DNA of 64,000 bases from an uncultured cyanobacterium (GTDB taxonomy: Bacteria; Cyanobacteriota; Cyanobacteriia; Leptolyngbyales; Leptolyngbyaceae). Below, piece after piece: positions 23,313-32,619 of the stretch. Where the stretch lies: contig CAVYAN010000031.1 of assembly GCA_963766075.1 (NCBI GenBank), positions 1-64,000 on the forward strand, in the 5' to 3' direction. Numbering within the stretch: position 1 is the first letter of the stretch; each line of letters begins with the position of its first letter. Below the pieces are notes generated by a model. The model was given only the letters and a program-made list of their open reading frames with translations. It had not been told where the DNA came from and made no database searches. The position numbers were made by a program, and so were the translations under genes.

Positions 23313-24104
23313 TTAGCCGAAACGATAGCCAAAACCGCGTACGGTTACCAGGTATTCTGGGCTACTGGGATCAACTTCCAGCTTTTCACGGAGCCAGCGA
23401 ATATGCACATCCACCGTTTTGCTATCGCCAATAAAATCTGGACCCCAGATGCGTTCCAGGAGCTGTTCCCGCGACCACACCCGTTTGGGATAGCTCATGA
23501 ACAATTCCAGAATTTTGAATTCCTTCGGGGACAAATTGGCATTATCGCCACGTACGGTCACTCGGCATTCCTGGGGAAATAGCGTAATATCCTTGAACTT
23601 GAGAGAGGGCTGTTCTGGCTGCTCCTGAAAGTGCTGATGGCGGCGCAGCAAGGCGCGACAGCGGGCGATCAGTTCTCGCATGCCAAAGGGTTTGGTTAAA
23701 TAATCGTCGGATCCCACTTCCAAACCAACAACGCGATCGGTTTCCGTGCCCTTTGCACTCAACATCAAAATGGGTACACTGTTGCCTTCGCGGCGAATTA
23801 GCCGACACAGGTCCAGCCCATTGATATAGGGCAGCATTAAATCGAGAATAATTAAGTCAAACCCTTTTGCCGGGGAACCGGACCCTAATGAAGGGGCGTG
23901 GCGATCGAGAATGGCCTCGCTGGGGCCATGGATAATATCTAGGGCGGCCCGTCCATCACTGGCTGTCACCACCTCGTAGCCTTCCTCCGTGAGGGTGAGG
24001 GCAATGGTTTCAGCAATTAAATCTTCGTCTTCAACAATTAAAATGCGACCCATCTTGAGGCTAGATTGGATCTGGGGAGATTCTGAAATCAGCGTTAACG
24101 GCAT
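23313..24104 (-). CDS. sphR: PhoB/SphR-like OmpR-family response regulator
   Basis: LDLMLPYINGLDLCRLIR, DRVVGLEVG, VWSREQLLERIWGPDFIGDSKTVDVHIRWLREK. Confidence 0.75.
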   Translation of the reverse strand: MPLTLISESPQIQSSLKMGRILIVEDEDLIAETIALTLTEEGYEVVTASDGRAALDIIHGPSEAILDRHAPSLGSGSPAKGFDLIILDLMLPYINGLDLCRLIRREGNSVPILMLSAKGTETDRVVGLEVGSDDYLTKPFGMRELIARCRALLRRHQHFQEQPEQPSLKFKDITLFPQECRVTVRGDNANLSPKEFKILELFMSYPKRVWSREQLLERIWGPDFIGDSKTVDVHIRWLREKLEVDPSSPEYLVTVRGFGYRFG

Positions 24105-24408
24105 GAATGGGAATTCCGGTTGTTGCACTGTGATTTTACCACTGGTCAATCCGTCTGTATGAGTTGATACTGACAAATCTAGCTTTTTAGATACGGTTGT
24201 CTGGACCTAATGCTATGCGATCACCAGACAATTCGTTCCGTGAACCGAAACCATTCCCTGGACTCACTTTAACCCCCCTACCGACCCCAAATAGTCTATT
24301 GCATAGACTCAGCGTCCCCTTTATGGGAGAAGTGATTGGGGCGCAAGCACCCAAACACCCGGACCCCAGCGCTCAAACTATCACATGCTCCTTCTAGCAC
24401 CAGTCGGT

Positions 24409-26697
24409 CTAGCGCCAGTCGGCAATGCGCCAAGCACCATCCTTGCGAATCAGACTATATCGCAGGTTGAGGTTTTCCGGCGGGCTGGATTCTGAAAGCC
24501 TGCCCCCCGTATAAAATTCCTCGGTTTCACTGACTTCAGCGACCACCTCTGCTTGATCAGGGGTGGCAGGACTAGACTGAACCGACGTCACTTTCAAATC
24601 GTGCTTGTATTTCTTGTACCAGTTATCCCGTTTGGCTTCGACCGAGGCATTTTGCCAATAGGAAAGCTTAGGATCTGCCAGGACTTTCTCTAAATCCAGG
24701 GCGGCGTAGTCGGGCCCCATTGCCGCAGACTTTGCATCCAACCACTGCTTTAGAATTTGCTCAGCGGTAGCATTATCTAAGGTGGTCCCTACCGCAGGGC
24801 TGGCCACTGTAGATGGGGAGATGCTGGCAGTGGGCGACACCGTGGGCGGTGTATCCTGACGGGCCGCATTGCCCGTACCCGCCGATTGGCAACTTCTGAG
24901 GAGGGCACTGACGCCAAACCCCAACAGAGTTAGGCCCAGAAGGATGCCCCCAATGCGCACCAATCGGAATCCCCAGACAGAACGCTTGGTGCGGCGCGAT
25001 CGCCCATCTCTGGGACGCGCGCCTACGCCTGCAGAATCCCGCAGAGCCACTTGGGGCGATCGCCCCTCCGACGGTGCGCGTACCGATGGGCGGCTACCGA
25101 CAGCGGCACTAGACAGCCCACTCGCCTGTTCTCCCTCCGCCAAGTGCTCAACCGTCGCCGGAGCCGCCGCAAACCCGGCCATTGCACGGCTCTTCGCCAG
25201 CTCAATGAGGGCATTGGTATCTAAGTCAGGAGTCTCAGCAAAATCGGCACCTTCCCGTGCTCCATCCATCACCCGTCCGCCATTCCGAGCGCCCAGATCA
25301 CTGCCCCTAGCCGGTGGGCGGGACGGCGTCACCGTGGCCATCGGGGCTGGGGGCATCGGCGATCGCGATCCCGCCGGAGCCGCAGAAGCATAGGCCCGCT
25401 CTTGGGCCTGGGCCAGGGACCAAGCTGCTGGGGCCACCTCCGGCTCGTTAGGCAGTTCTTCTAAATAAATTTGAACGTCGGGATCAGCAAAATATTCTTT
25501 AAGCGAAACCCGCTGTTGAGACAGATCCCGGAAGTGTGGAAACACCTCATCCCGCAGCCAGTGCTCGGCATAGAGGCAGAGTCCCGGTAGCAGGTCCGGC
25601 GATCCCTGGGAATGCTTACGAATAAAAGCGATCGGCTCATATTCCTGGCTCAGTTCCAAAGCCCGACTGGCCTCTTCAGTTTGGCCCAACAATAGCGCAC
25701 AAACGGACTGCTCCAAGTGAACATCTTGACGACTGCTGAGACGCAGCAGCAACAGCTTGGCACGGCGAACTAGCGCGGGCTGGCGTTCGGCAAAGCCCCG
25801 CGCCAGCAGCGCATAGACAGCGAGATAGGTCGCCACAGCAGATGGTCGCTGCGTCTCCTCTTCAAACAAGACCTGCTGCTCAGCCACGGTGAGGTAGCCG
25901 CGCAGTTGTTGCATGAATCGTAGAAAGTCGTCCATACCCAACCCCGAGTAATCATCGCCAGACCCGTCAATGCCACCGCGCGCTTGCAGCATCTCGCGCA
26001 GTAGACTCAACCCCTGCCGCCGCTCAGAGACTTGGCGTTCCGGCAAGGCTAGGAGTTCCAGCACCCGATAGGGCCGCAGCTTGTAAAGATCGCTTTGGAT
26101 CTCACCGCGTACTCCCGCAAAAAATCCTTCCCGCAGCAGTAACTGCTGGCCCGTTTCTAGGGCTTCGGCGGCATTTTCGTATTGTCCTTGCTGCCACTGT
26201 TCGCGGCCCAGTTCCAGACAGGCAAACGCGACCGTCAAGACAATATCGGCATACACCGCATTGGGATCGCCAAACTGACCGTCCTTGAGGCTAGCACTAC
26301 CCCCGGTCAAAAAGGGGCGGCCCAGTTTCAGCACCAGCTCATATTCGCCCAGTTCCTGTAGAATCAGCAGCGCCCCAACCAAATGCGGGTCAGGAATTTC
26401 GATGCTGGGCGTATTGGCATCAATGCTCGCGGTGAGATCAGGCCCGCTCAGATCGGGGTCGGGTACCCCCTCATAGGTTTTCGCCAAAAAATTGCGGTCA
26501 TAGGCTTGCCGTTGTGCCGAATCCGCTAGCAGCGCATAGGCAGTATCCAAGAGGTACTTACGCGAAGCGATCGCGGCCTCGGAATATTCCCGGCGAGGCA
26601 ATTGCACCGTGCGATCGCGATGCGCTTGACGCAACTGATCCGGCGTTGCCTGAATCGGCAGCCCTAGAATTCGATAATAATCAAGCGGAATGTACAC
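24409..26697 (-). CDS. ftn2: Cell division protein Ftn2/ZipN (ARC6 homologue)
   Basis: N-terminal DnaJ-like MYIPLDYYRILG, TM segment, C-terminal periplasmic domain; divergent from pdhA. Confidence 0.9.
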   Translation of the reverse strand: MYIPLDYYRILGLPIQATPDQLRQAHRDRTVQLPRREYSEAAIASRKYLLDTAYALLADSAQRQAYDRNFLAKTYEGVPDPDLSGPDLTASIDANTPSIEIPDPHLVGALLILQELGEYELVLKLGRPFLTGGSASLKDGQFGDPNAVYADIVLTVAFACLELGREQWQQGQYENAAEALETGQQLLLREGFFAGVRGEIQSDLYKLRPYRVLELLALPERQVSERRQGLSLLREMLQARGGIDGSGDDYSGLGMDDFLRFMQQLRGYLTVAEQQVLFEEETQRPSAVATYLAVYALLARGFAERQPALVRRAKLLLLRLSSRQDVHLEQSVCALLLGQTEEASRALELSQEYEPIAFIRKHSQGSPDLLPGLCLYAEHWLRDEVFPHFRDLSQQRVSLKEYFADPDVQIYLEELPNEPEVAPAAWSLAQAQERAYASAAPAGSRSPMPPAPMATVTPSRPPARGSDLGARNGGRVMDGAREGADFAETPDLDTNALIELAKSRAMAGFAAAPATVEHLAEGEQASGLSSAAVGSRPSVRAPSEGRSPQVALRDSAGVGARPRDGRSRRTKRSVWGFRLVRIGGILLGLTLLGFGVSALLRSCQSAGTGNAARQDTPPTVSPTASISPSTVASPAVGTTLDNATAEQILKQWLDAKSAAMGPDYAALDLEKVLADPKLSYWQNASVEAKRDNWYKKYKHDLKVTSVQSSPATPDQAEVVAEVSETEEFYTGGRLSESSPPENLNLRYSLIRKDGAWRIADWR

Positions 26698-26908
26698 GGT
26701 ACACTTCCCCAGGAGGAACGGTAAGGTTAAGCTATGGTAGCGAACTATGATAACAAAGCGTGTAACGGTTATAACCCGAATTATGCAAATCGCGAATTGA
26801 ATTCACTAAAGTCGCCGCTTAGCAAAGTCGCAGTTTAACCTAGGATGTCAGCGGTGGCGCTGAACCAGTAACATTAGTTCTAGAAAGTTTGGGATAGGAA
26901 GCAGGTTC

Positions 26909-27943
26909 ATGGTTCAAGAAAGATCACTCCCGGCGTTACAGACTGCCTCCGCTGCGGTAACCCGCGCCGAAGGATTAGTGCTCTACGAAGACATGGTGTT
27001 AGGCCGCACCTTTGAAGACAAGTGCGCTGAAATGTATTATCGGGGCAAAATGTTTGGTTTCGTGCACTTGTACAACGGCCAAGAAGCCGTTTCTACCGGC
27101 GTGATCCAAGCCATGCGTCCCGGCGAGGACTATGTGTGCAGCACCTATCGCGATCACGTTCATGCCCTCAGCGCGGGTGTGCCAGCCCGGGAGGTGATGG
27201 CAGAACTGTTTGGTAAAGCCACAGGCTGCAGCAAAGGGCGGGGCGGCTCGATGCACTTGTTTTCCGAAAAGCACCGACTTCTGGGTGGTTTTGCCTTCAT
27301 TGCAGAGGGGATTCCGGTGGCAACGGGGGCTGCTTTCCAATCCAAATATCGGCGAGAAACCATGGGGGATGCCAGTTCTGACCAAGTGACAGCGGCGTTC
27401 TTTGGTGATGGGACGACGAACAATGGCCAATTCTTTGAGTGCTTGAATATGGCTGCCCTGTGGAAGTTGCCAATTCTTTACGTTGTAGAAAATAATAAAT
27501 GGGCCATTGGCATGGCCCACGAGCGCGCTACATCCCAGCCGGAAATTTATAAGAAGGCCAGTGTCTTTGGTATGCCCGGCTATGAAGTGGACGGTATGGA
27601 TGTACTAGCGGTACGGGCGATCGCCCAGGAAGCGGTAGAGCGGGCGCGGGCGGGCGAAGGGCCGACTCTGATTGAATGCCTCACCTATCGGTTCCGGGGG
27701 CACTCCCTCGCTGATCCCGATGAGTTGCGTTCTAAGGAGGAAAAGGACGCATGGCTGGCGCGAGATCCGATTAAGAAGTTCTCGGCCCACATGATTGCCC
27801 AAAATTTGGCGACGCCAGAAGAGCTGAAGGCGATCGATAAGAAAATTCAGCTCGTTGTCGAGGACGCGGTGGAATTCGCTTTAGCCAGTCCAGAACCCGA
27901 TCCTGCCGAACTCCACAAGTACATATTTGCGGAAGACGAATAA
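26909..27943 (+). CDS. pdhA: Pyruvate dehydrogenase E1 alpha subunit
   Basis: [21 protein letters not shown]...NN ThDP motif, [11 protein letters not shown]. Confidence 0.97.
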   Translation: MVQERSLPALQTASAAVTRAEGLVLYEDMVLGRTFEDKCAEMYYRGKMFGFVHLYNGQEAVSTGVIQAMRPGEDYVCSTYRDHVHALSAGVPAREVMAELFGKATGCSKGRGGSMHLFSEKHRLLGGFAFIAEGIPVATGAAFQSKYRRETMGDASSDQVTAAFFGDGTTNNGQFFECLNMAALWKLPILYVVENNKWAIGMAHERATSQPEIYKKASVFGMPGYEVDGMDVLAVRAIAQEAVERARAGEGPTLIECLTYRFRGHSLADPDELRSKEEKDAWLARDPIKKFSAHMIAQNLATPEELKAIDKKIQLVVEDAVEFALASPEPDPAELHKYIFAEDE

Positions 27944-28687
27944 ACAGGCATAGATTGACAGAATTATGGTTTCGAGGTTTGGGGTTCGGGTGACCTCATG
28001 CCTCGAATTTTTGGTGCAGGCGGCTCACCCTCTAGGATCGGCAGGCGTGATTTTGCTCAGCGGCATCAGCACTTTGGCAGCTTGAGATTTAGCTTGAGAT
28101 TTATATATGAAATTAATTTATGCATAAGATCTTTTCGCTTGCTCTATATATATTTATAAGATATTTTCGAGGAGACGGTTTCTGAACTGGCACTTTGTGC
28201 CAGTTTGGCTGTGCCAGTACGTCTTAAAAAATTAAGGTGTCTATGGTCTGACTCGGCTATGTGTTGCTCGGTTATGTCTTGCTCGGTTGTATCAGCCTCT
28301 AAGGCGAGGTAGGTCTCTAAGGCAAGGTAGGTCTTTTAAGTGGGATATGTCTTGCCTTGAATTTCTTAGTCACATATTATTCTCAGTACTAATGCTGTGG
28401 TGTCCAAAGGTTGCGCGTTCTCCCTGAGCTGTGAGGCGGTTGTAAGATCACTTCCAGCATTGCCAAGCAAGTCATCCACCAAGATTTGCTGAGTTTGCGG
28501 TCACAGACGTTTCGAGCCGGTAATTTCTAGTCGGTTAAGTTTCCCGCTGGTACACTACGTGTCGGTTATATGTCGGTTTGTTGTGGGTTCCTACTTTTCA
28601 TCTCCATTTTCTGAGCACCGGCCTTGGCTAAGGGCTGTGGTGCGCGTTTGAATGCTTTTTGTCGGTGCCTCTACCCCCATTGTTACT

Positions 28688-29959
28688 ATGTCATACGGAA
28701 CCTATCCGCTGTTTTTGCGCAACTGCGAACTGGTGTACGACCATCTAGCCCGACTCCGAAAGACTATTCCCCAGGATGATTTGATTGAGCGATTTCAGTC
28801 ATTATTTATTGTTGGGATGGAATATCCGGAGCCAGAAATCCTGACCGCCTTGTTGAATATTGTGAGGACGCCCTGGGCGGCCCAAGAATTTGATCACATT
28901 CTGAATCGCTGCTGCTATATCTTGATCAACTATTGGTGGTCACATTCTGGTTTGAAGCAGGGCACCGTCAAGCTGGTCCATTTGCTAGAGACCTTGCCCC
29001 CAACTATCCCGCCGACGGTTAACCCCAGCCTGCGCGATCGCGTGCTGAGTTTTATCCAGACTGAGCAGTTTGCCACTATTCAGGACCGCGCCCGCACGGT
29101 TGCCCAAGCGGCAGAAGCGCATAGTAACCCGGACCAAACCGTTCGCGAGCACATTGCCCGTTATCCTTTCCTGTACCCCCATTTACTGATGCATTGGGAC
29201 AATAGCGACGAGGGATATCATGCGGTCCGTGCGGTACAAACCCAGCAGGAACAACAATTTGAGGCAGATCTCCATCGCTATTGCGTAGCCTATTGGCGAT
29301 CGCGCAATGCTCCCACGCCAGCTACCTCTCGGGTGAAAAATCCCACCCTCTTGGATAACACCCAACTGGAACACACCCTCAAGATTTATGCCGGCAAAGC
29401 GCATCACAACCATACCTACCAGGACTTAGCGGATCATTACCGACTCCAAATGATGCAAGCCCCCTCGTTTCAAGAGGCCAAGCAACACCTACACAGCTAC
29501 CTCACGATCACCCTGGACGACCAGTATTGTGAGCATCGGTTTTCGCGCTGGCTGGACCACCAGCTATTGTCCACCCTACCCCGCCACAATGATCACCCCC
29601 CCCAACGTCATTTAATGATTCAGACCTGCTGCGAACTGGTAGCGACACTATTGGCGAACCCTGCCGATCACGCTGAAAATCATCTGATTTTTATGGACTT
29701 TAATCACAATTTGGGACCAACCACGACTGTCGGGGTGCTGTTGCAAATTTTGCTCTTGTGTCGCGGCTTTGTCCGCCAGCAGTGGGAGGTGATCAAGTCC
29801 TATGTCTCCCGATTTTTTGCGTCCATGTTTAAGCATTATGAGACTGCGGCCAGTGGCCAAGTGGAGTGGCTCATTGACTGTCTAGAAAATTTGCAGATCG
29901 CTTTTGCCATCCACTCCGATCGCACCGATTTTTCTTGGATGTTTTCTGAGGGGCTGTAA
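28688..29959 (+). CDS. Conserved cyanobacterial hypothetical protein
   Basis: Long ORF with LVYDHL, LIERFQSLF, ILNRCCYILINYW, RYPFLY, LENLQIAF motifs; no function recognised. Confidence 0.7.
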   Translation: MSYGTYPLFLRNCELVYDHLARLRKTIPQDDLIERFQSLFIVGMEYPEPEILTALLNIVRTPWAAQEFDHILNRCCYILINYWWSHSGLKQGTVKLVHLLETLPPTIPPTVNPSLRDRVLSFIQTEQFATIQDRARTVAQAAEAHSNPDQTVREHIARYPFLYPHLLMHWDNSDEGYHAVRAVQTQQEQQFEADLHRYCVAYWRSRNAPTPATSRVKNPTLLDNTQLEHTLKIYAGKAHHNHTYQDLADHYRLQMMQAPSFQEAKQHLHSYLTITLDDQYCEHRFSRWLDHQLLSTLPRHNDHPPQRHLMIQTCCELVATLLANPADHAENHLIFMDFNHNLGPTTTVGVLLQILLLCRGFVRQQWEVIKSYVSRFFASMFKHYETAASGQVEWLIDCLENLQIAFAIHSDRTDFSWMFSEGL

Positions 29960-29970
29960 GCAAAAAACCT

Positions 29971-31053
29971 ATGGCCGCAGAAATTTTTGATGTGGCGGTG
30001 ATTGGCGCAGGCATGGCAGGACTTACCTGTGCTCAAGCGTTACATCAAGCGGGCCAGCACGTTGTTGTGCTGGATAAGTCGCGGGGGGTGGGGGGACGCA
30101 TAGCCACCCGGCGACTGCACGACACCCGGGCCGACCATGGAGCCTGTTATCTCTCACCGCCTCAGGATGCTGGATTTCAAGCTTTGGTCCAGACGCTGCT
30201 GGCAGCGGATGTGCTGCGGGTCTGGACCGACCAGGTCCATGAGTTCTCCAGTCCCAATGGCTTGCAACCCCCGAGCGATCGCGTTCCCCGCTATGTCGCG
30301 CCCCAGGGCATGTCCGCCATTGCCAAATTCCTCACTCCCCCGTTGAACGTGCGCCTGAACTGCCAGGTAACAGCAATCACCGCCCCATCTTTTGATCAGG
30401 CAGAGCATCAATCAGAGCATCCGGCGGATTACTGGCACTGCGTGATCGCCGATCAAGCCCCTGTCTTGGCCCGGGCGATCGCCTTGGCCATCCCCGCTCC
30501 CCAGGCCGTGACCTTACTGCAACCGCTGCACACACAGGAAACTGCTGAATCGATGGCCCCATTCATGGCCCAATTAACTGCCGTGGAGTTTGCCCCCTGT
30601 TTAAGCGTGATGGCGGGCTATGGGCCGGATCAATTGGCCGATTGGCAGAGTCGTTATCCTGAAGTGAAAGCCATTACTGTGCAGAATGATCCCGTATTGG
30701 GCTGGCTGGGCCTAGACAGCAGCAAGCGCCTGTCCCCCGCTGCCCCCACCTGGGTGCTCCAAAGTTCTGCGATCTTTGCTGAAGCGTTGTTAGATGCGCC
30801 CACCCTAGAATCGGCAGCCCAGCAGATGTTAGAACAAGCGGCCCGCTACTGGGGATCGTGGCTGGCGTTTCCAGACTGGATGCAGGTGCATCGCTGGCGC
30901 TATGCCTTTCCCCGATCGCCGCTCTCGCAGCCCTATTTAGCCGCGCCAACCGTTTTGCCGTTGGTGTGTCTGGGGGATTGGTGCGGCGGGCGCAAAATTG
31001 AAGATGCGTATGTGTCGGGGCGGGCGATCGCTGAATTTCTTCTGCGTCTCTGA
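29971..31053 (+). CDS. Renalase-like FAD-dependent oxidoreductase
   Basis: VIGAGMAG, DKSRGVGGRIATRR, DHGA, HRWRYA, GDW. Confidence 0.85.
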   Translation: MAAEIFDVAVIGAGMAGLTCAQALHQAGQHVVVLDKSRGVGGRIATRRLHDTRADHGACYLSPPQDAGFQALVQTLLAADVLRVWTDQVHEFSSPNGLQPPSDRVPRYVAPQGMSAIAKFLTPPLNVRLNCQVTAITAPSFDQAEHQSEHPADYWHCVIADQAPVLARAIALAIPAPQAVTLLQPLHTQETAESMAPFMAQLTAVEFAPCLSVMAGYGPDQLADWQSRYPEVKAITVQNDPVLGWLGLDSSKRLSPAAPTWVLQSSAIFAEALLDAPTLESAAQQMLEQAARYWGSWLAFPDWMQVHRWRYAFPRSPLSQPYLAAPTVLPLVCLGDWCGGRKIEDAYVSGRAIAEFLLRL

Positions 31054-31089
31054 TGGGATGCCCCGGAAACCCTGCATTAGAACCATCCG

Positions 31090-31671
31090 TTAAAGGGTGG
31101 GTTCAGGCGATCGCCGCCGCGTTGGGCGCTTCCACACCGATCGCTCTGCCTTTTCCCGCTCATAGGTAATCAATTTGCCGTAGTACTCATGCTTGCTGAG
31201 GTTCATGGACAGAAACACATGTTCCCGTGTATTGCCAAACCCTTTGCGACGGAAAAAATTAATCGCCGGGGTATTTTCCGGGTCGGTATCCACCAGCATG
31301 TAGCGTGCTCCGTCATCGATCATGCGTTCGACCAATTTATCGACCAGTTTGTCTGCCACACCCCGGCGTTGAAAGAGCGGATTTACGCCTAACCAAATCA
31401 CATAGCCATATACCCAGGAGCCTTTGCTGATAATCGTGCCCAGCACAAACCCAGCCAACTGCGCCTCAATTTCAGCGACCAGACAATATTCTGAATCCGT
31501 GTTGTACAGCCCAATCACTTCCCACTGATCCCAGGTGCGATATAGGTAGGGATACAGATCGCTGGTAAATAACTGCTCGCCCAGATGATAAACCAGAGCA
31601 ATGTCGTCGATATACATTTCCCGCACAATCACGGGCGCTTGGGGGTCGAGGGGTGTGGTGATGTCGGGCAT
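31090..31671 (-). CDS. GNAT family N-acetyltransferase
   Basis: QRRGVA acetyl-CoA motif, NTPAINFFRRKGF. Confidence 0.85.
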   Translation of the reverse strand: MPDITTPLDPQAPVIVREMYIDDIALVYHLGEQLFTSDLYPYLYRTWDQWEVIGLYNTDSEYCLVAEIEAQLAGFVLGTIISKGSWVYGYVIWLGVNPLFQRRGVADKLVDKLVERMIDDGARYMLVDTDPENTPAINFFRRKGFGNTREHVFLSMNLSKHEYYGKLITYEREKAERSVWKRPTRRRSPEPTL

Positions 31672-31798
31672 AGGTCATCTATACAGACGAGATTTCCTGC
31701 ATGGTAGCAAGAGGTATCGTTGTTTGATGCGTTTAGATCCTCGGCATTTAGATCCTTTGCGGCTTTTGAAGTTTTTTGGAAAACGAGATTTTCTTTTC

Positions 31799-32410
31799 TC
31801 AACGCCCCCCACCGGAGGGAGCGATATCGCTACAGGGACTAGAAACCCACTTTTTTTGTTGATAATCGGGAGTATAACAATCCGAAGGTGGAGGGCTGCC
31901 AATTACGAGTATGGGATAATACATTAATCCAAAAAACAGAACGAAAGAAGCTATCAACAGAGTCCCAAAGAAACCTGTCATCAGAAAAACAATCCGATCA
32001 TTCCAATCAATGAGTTCCAGCTCTGGCGACAAAATTGATTCCTGATGCTTCTTTGGATTGTAAAAAACCTTAACTGACTGACCAATAGGATATTTTCTTT
32101 GTGCTTCACGTTCAGCTTCCGCTGGCGTATTTTTACTTGATAAACCTTTTAGGAAATTAGATTTATACGGAATGCCATTGACTGCATAGGTATAGGCAAT
32201 AGTGTACTGTGCGACCGAGACTCCTTCAGAACTTAGAGATAAAGTTATTGGATGTTCAATTATTTCTCCACTAACAAAACTCCATTTCTTACTTTTATGT
32301 CTTTTTCTGAACTTAACCCAAATGCTTCCCGCTGCTATGAGGAAAGTGATGCCCAGAAGTCCTTGAAGAAGTACAATAGGTAGGAACAACAAGAGAATAA
32401 AAAGCTGCAT
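31799..32410 (-). CDS. DUF3592 membrane protein (probable integron cassette 3)
   Basis: TM-W..V.GEI...YTYAVNG...YPIGQSVKVFYNPKKHQES-TM; low GC; starts just after the attC R' site. Confidence 0.75.
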   Translation of the reverse strand: MQLFILLLFLPIVLLQGLLGITFLIAAGSIWVKFRKRHKSKKWSFVSGEIIEHPITLSLSSEGVSVAQYTIAYTYAVNGIPYKSNFLKGLSSKNTPAEAEREAQRKYPIGQSVKVFYNPKKHQESILSPELELIDWNDRIVFLMTGFFGTLLIASFVLFFGLMYYPILVIGSPPPSDCYTPDYQQKKWVSSPCSDIAPSGGGR

Positions 32411-32544
32411 ATGTCCACATTGAAATCAATCAGGTTCAGTGCCACGAACTAACTTGCAAAATCTATATGTTCTAACGCTCAACCCTTGGTATCCCAAAAA
32501 TTGGATAAAGCAATGTTCTGTTGGACTTTAGTAAGGACTGAGCC

Positions 32545-32619
32545 GCATAACGACCCCGTTCACCCGCTGCCAGAATTTTTCGGATTAGCCAAGGAACCTC
32601 GATACGGTCGGTGTGCAGC
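32545..32619 (-). other. Integron attC site truncated by an IS
   Basis: Minus strand: GCTGCACACCG...CGGGTGAACGGGGTC-GTTATGC; same layout as the attC at 35944-36030, with the R'' end replaced by the IS terminus. Confidence 0.7.

Noticed and set aside
26720..26845. Isolated YTTAACCT words between ftn2 and pdhA
   Set aside because: Single half-sites without 11-bp tandem repetition; insufficient for a Pho box
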